This document shows, in pieces, positions 60,837-64,000 of a DNA stretch of 64,000 nt (position 1 is its first letter; every line of letters begins with the position of its first letter). Source of the stretch: Polyangiaceae bacterium (GTDB lineage: Bacteria; Myxococcota_A; Polyangia; Polyangiales; Polyangiaceae); assembly GCA_965222375.1 (NCBI GenBank), contig CBDCTZ010000016.1, positions 2,208,001 to 2,272,000 of the forward strand, written 5' to 3'. The notes below the pieces were generated by a model. That model was not told the origin of the DNA, did not search any database, and saw nothing but the letters and a program-made list of their open reading frames with translations. Both the position numbers and the translations under genes were made by a program.

Positions 60837-60892
60837 GGCCCTGCTCTAGAGTCGTGGCCCAGGTCGCCCCAGGGAAGCGACCCAAAAAACCA
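60837..60892 (+). repeat. Degenerate dispersed intergenic repeat, copy C
   Basis: ggccctgctctagagtcgtggcccagg...cgacccaaaaaacca. Confidence 0.6.
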
Positions 60893-60899
60893 GAGCAGA

Positions 60900-61303
60900 G
60901 CATGGTGCTCGATGTGACTTCAGCTTGGGTGGAGGTCGCTGGGACTCACTGGCGCGGCTGCAGCGCGCAGCTAAGGGGCAGCCCGAGCCAGCCCATGCTG
61001 GGGCGACGACGACGCCCTTGAGGGCCTCCCGCGCTACGGAGCCCGCCATGGAGCGCCCGTCTCGAGACACACGAACACCTTCCAGCAGAACGCCGTCCTT
61101 GAAGCCGGCGCGGTCGGCCTGCTCCAGCGCTCGTTTGGATGGGACGAACTCCACCAAGCGCCCGGGTGTCGTCGCTATGGCCTTGGCTGGGGCAGCGACG
61201 CCGTGGTGGCGGACCGTCGCGGTGGCGGCTGCCCCGCGCAAGACGCCGTGGCGGTCAGGATGAGCCATCCGAGCGCGAAGCGGAGTGTGCTGGCGCGGGG
61301 CAT
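60900..61303 (-). pseudogene. Possible frameshifted, truncated lipoprotein gene
   Basis: MPRASTLRFALGWLILTATASC (lipobox) stops at 61175; protein-like sequence continues in another frame toward repeat C. Confidence 0.35.
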
Positions 61304-61347
61304 GCCCAGCACTTTACAGGGCCGCCCGCTGCGGTAAAACGCCAGGC

Positions 61348-62409
61348 ATGACCCCGGTCCGTATTGGTCTCGTCTTGACAGCCCTTGCCCTGCTCTCCGC
61401 CTGCGAGGAGAAAAAGAGTGCGACGCCGGCCTCCTCCGCCAGCGCGGGAGCGCCGGCAGGGCCGGCCGTCGACCCGAACTTGGCTCAGGCGGTGGCGGCG
61501 GCTTCAGTCGGTGCGCCGGCTCAGGCAGCGCCTGCCGCCAAGGATGGTCCGCCTGAAACCGGAGTGTTCGCCCCGGGCAAGGCCGACGAGTTGCACAAGA
61601 AGGGTGCTGCGCCGAAGGTGTCCCTGGGGAACAACGGAAGCGAGCCGCGGGAGACCCTGAAGCTCGAGCTGAAGCCCGACTGGAAACAGACCGGCACCGT
61701 CGTGCTTTCCATGCGCGCCGCGCGTCAGATGCTCCCGCCGATTTCTTTCGATATCGCGATGTCGGCTCAAAAGGCCAAACCCGACACGGCCGGCACGCCC
61801 ATCCTGGCCAAAGTAACCGGCGCAAAGGTCGGGGACATGCAAGGACAACCCATACCGCCGGAATTGCAGACTCAGGTCGGCAGATTGAAGGGGAGCAAGG
61901 TGCAACTGCAGGTGCTGGAGAGCGGCGCGGTTACGGATGCCCGCTACGAACTGCCCAAGGGGGGAGACCCCAACTTGAATGCAGTGTTGCGCACCCTCGC
62001 GGAGACGATCAGCGCGTCCGGCATCGTCTACCCGTCGGAGCCGGTCGGCGCTGGAGCCGTTTGGTTGGTCACCTCGAGGGGGTTTGCAGCCGGAGCGGAT
62101 GTGATCAGTTACCGAATGATCAAGCTCGATGTGGTGAGCGAGGCGGGTCTCACCCTCAACATCAGCACCAAGCGCTACAGCGCTACCGACAAGCTCACGC
62201 TGGCAGGCTTGCCGCCGGGGGATCTGACCCTGGTGCAGTTTCAGTCATCAGCGACAGGCAAGGGCACCGCCTCGAGGGGATCGCTCTTTCCGCGACAAGG
62301 CGATCAGAACCAGGTGCTCAACGCGGTCCTCGTCCCTGGCGACAATCCGCAACAACGCATGGCCGTGCAGTCTCAGGCTTCAGCGACCCTGAATTTCCCC
62401 AAGAAGTGA
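61348..62409 (+). CDS. Lipoprotein of unknown function
   Basis: Lipobox LSAC, GSEPRETL, YPSEPVGAGAVW. Confidence 0.8.
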   Translation: MTPVRIGLVLTALALLSACEEKKSATPASSASAGAPAGPAVDPNLAQAVAAASVGAPAQAAPAAKDGPPETGVFAPGKADELHKKGAAPKVSLGNNGSEPRETLKLELKPDWKQTGTVVLSMRAARQMLPPISFDIAMSAQKAKPDTAGTPILAKVTGAKVGDMQGQPIPPELQTQVGRLKGSKVQLQVLESGAVTDARYELPKGGDPNLNAVLRTLAETISASGIVYPSEPVGAGAVWLVTSRGFAAGADVISYRMIKLDVVSEAGLTLNISTKRYSATDKLTLAGLPPGDLTLVQFQSSATGKGTASRGSLFPRQGDQNQVLNAVLVPGDNPQQRMAVQSQASATLNFPKK

Positions 62410-62433
62410 GGACAAGGCGCTAGCAGCGGGGGC

Positions 62434-62739
62434 TTAGAAGCCGAGCTCGGTCTTGCGCGCTTCAGCACCGGGAAGGGCGTCACCCTTCTCGTTGATGACC
62501 GGCAAGTCCTTGGCGCGATCCGTGTTGATCTGCAGCCAATCGCTCTGATCTTCGGGCAACTGCGTTTCGTCGAATATCGCCTCGACCGGGCATTCCGGAA
62601 CGCAGGCGCCGCAATCGATGCACTCGTCGGGATCGATGTACAGCATCTCATCGTCGCCGTGGAAACAATCCACGGGGCACACGGCAACACAGTCCGTGAA
62701 GCGGCAGCCTTTGCAGTTCTCCGTGACGACAAAAGTCAT
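62434..62739 (-). CDS. fdxA: Dicluster ferredoxin (FdxA-type)
   Basis: CKGCRFTDCVAVCPVDCF and CIDCGACVPECP. Confidence 0.93.
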   Translation of the reverse strand: MTFVVTENCKGCRFTDCVAVCPVDCFHGDDEMLYIDPDECIDCGACVPECPVEAIFDETQLPEDQSDWLQINTDRAKDLPVINEKGDALPGAEARKTELGF

Positions 62740-62862
62740 CTGTCTGTCTCCTTGGCCGCGAATCGCGGCCACTGTTCAGACGCATCCTTGCACAACGCGC
62801 CCAGTTTTCGAACCCCTTTATTGGCCCGTTGGATCCGTCTGATGAGACGGCCCATTCTCGGC

Positions 62863-63468
62863 TCATTGGAAGGGGACAGGGTCGCCGACGCCCTCGCGTA
62901 CGACCACTGGATCACCACCTGTGAGGTCGACCACGGTGGTCGGCACGACGCCACCCGCGCCGGCGTCCAATACCATTCCGAGCCCAGGGAACTCGGTGTC
63001 GATTTCCCGAGGGTCGGGATCAGGCTGCTGCCCACTGCGCGCGGCGGTGCTGGAGATGATGGGTCGGCCGAGTTCACGCACCAGCGCCAGTGCTACGGGG
63101 TGGTTGGGTATGCGCACTCCCACGGTCTTTCGCGCCAGGTGAACCATCTTCGGAACTTCTCGCGTGGCCTCCAAGATGAAGCAATAGGGGCCGGGCAAGA
63201 ACTCCTTCAATATGCGGTATACGTTATTGTGCATGACCGCATAGCGCGCGACGTCCGCAATGTCGCTGCACACGAAGGCGAGCTTCTTGTCGGCGTCCAG
63301 ACCGCGGATCTTATAGAGTCGATCGACGGCTTTTTTGTTGAAGAGGTCGCAACCCAGGCCGTACACGGTATCTGTGGGGTAGGCGATGACTTCGCCCGCC
63401 TCGATGGCCTCGACGGCCCGGCGGATCTTGCGTGGCTCCGGGGTTTCTGCGTTGATTTCAAGAAGCAT
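62863..63468 (-). CDS. YrdC/Sua5/YciO-family protein (L-threonylcarbamoyladenylate synthase-like)
   Basis: YPTDTVYGLGC, LPGPY, VGVRIP, PTTVVD, REGVG. Confidence 0.93.
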   Translation of the reverse strand: MLLEINAETPEPRKIRRAVEAIEAGEVIAYPTDTVYGLGCDLFNKKAVDRLYKIRGLDADKKLAFVCSDIADVARYAVMHNNVYRILKEFLPGPYCFILEATREVPKMVHLARKTVGVRIPNHPVALALVRELGRPIISSTAARSGQQPDPDPREIDTEFPGLGMVLDAGAGGVVPTTVVDLTGGDPVVVREGVGDPVPFQ

Positions 63469-63486
63469 GGGGCGGGCTGCCCACTA

Positions 63487-64000
63487 CTACGCTTTTTCGA
63501 GAAGCTCCAGCATGCGCACGCAGCGCGGCGGCATCGGCAGGTGCAGCGCACCGAGTTTTGCTCCGAATCTTTCTCCCGAGATGGCGTCCTGCGCGCTTTT
63601 TGCGCCTGCGGCGGTCACCGTTGCCTCCAGCCGAGCCGGAGACGGGTTGATGACAAACAGCAGGCGTGCCTTGCCCTGGGCGTCACGATGTAGCGTCACG
63701 AACACCTGATCCGGTGAGACCGCGAGGTGGGGCAGAGCCAGCTCCTGCTGGGCGCTTTCGATGGCCGCGGCCAGATCATCGTCCTCCGGACCAATCAGCC
63801 CGAAGGATGCCTTGCGAGCCTTGCCGTGTGAAGGTTTTGCTTTTAGGGCTTGGAAGCGATGGTCACGCGTGGGAGGAAAGGGGCCCACGCTCACTGCGCT
63901 GCCCGCCCGTCGCGTGCCGTCCAGCTGCTCGATGAGTTTGGGCTCCAGCCCGCCTGTGCAGGCGACAACCGTCCACCCAGACAACTTGGCGACCTGCTTC
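63487..64000 (-). CDS. C-terminal part of a protein running off the window (possibly a beta-galactosidase-like C-terminus)
   Basis: Open frame to the window edge; LLFVINPS...MPPRCVRML beta-sandwich-like tail. Confidence 0.55.
   Translation of the reverse strand, partial: KQVAKLSGWTVVACTGGLEPKLIEQLDGTRRAGSAVSVGPFPPTRDHRFQALKAKPSHGKARKASFGLIGPEDDDLAAAIESAQQELALPHLAVSPDQVFVTLHRDAQGKARLLFVINPSPARLEATVTAAGAKSAQDAISGERFGAKLGALHLPMPPRCVRMLELLEKA

Overview
GC-rich chromosomal window whose gene content points to a myxobacterium, probably Polyangiales-like (inferred from an FrzS-like receiver/coiled-coil protein, a GYF/zinc-ribbon protein, a MYXO-CTERM remnant and many lipoproteins with Gly-rich linkers). 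The backbone carries priA, slt, infA, an ECF sigma/FecR pair, punA-cdd-deaminase-ate, an MFS transporter, a BtuF-like protein, hisIE, a thiolase, pgeF, a Ser/Thr kinase, PBP1A, a ParB-like protein, a ferredoxin and a YrdC/Sua5-family gene. Three accessory patches interrupt it. (1) About 2.9-12.2 kb: gene fragments, a 63-bp direct repeat, an IS481 remnant, secreted proteins and an IS66 with a passenger gene. (2) About 28.5-36.0 kb: includes a 6.35-kb integrase-free island bracketed by two alternative 3' ends of the MFS gene and carrying a 1372+ aa secreted protein whose signal peptide is thrown out of frame by a G9 tract. (3) About 47.9-50.0 kb: a polysaccharide-lyase-like lipoprotein. The strongest candidate for an uncharacterised system is 41.3-47.9 kb: two hydrazine-synthase-alpha-like (beta-propeller plus c-heme) lipoproteins flanking a secreted HEAT-repeat protein, behind a sigma54-type promoter. 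No tRNA, rRNA or CRISPR array was seen. All family calls are by-eye motif recognition, not database searches.
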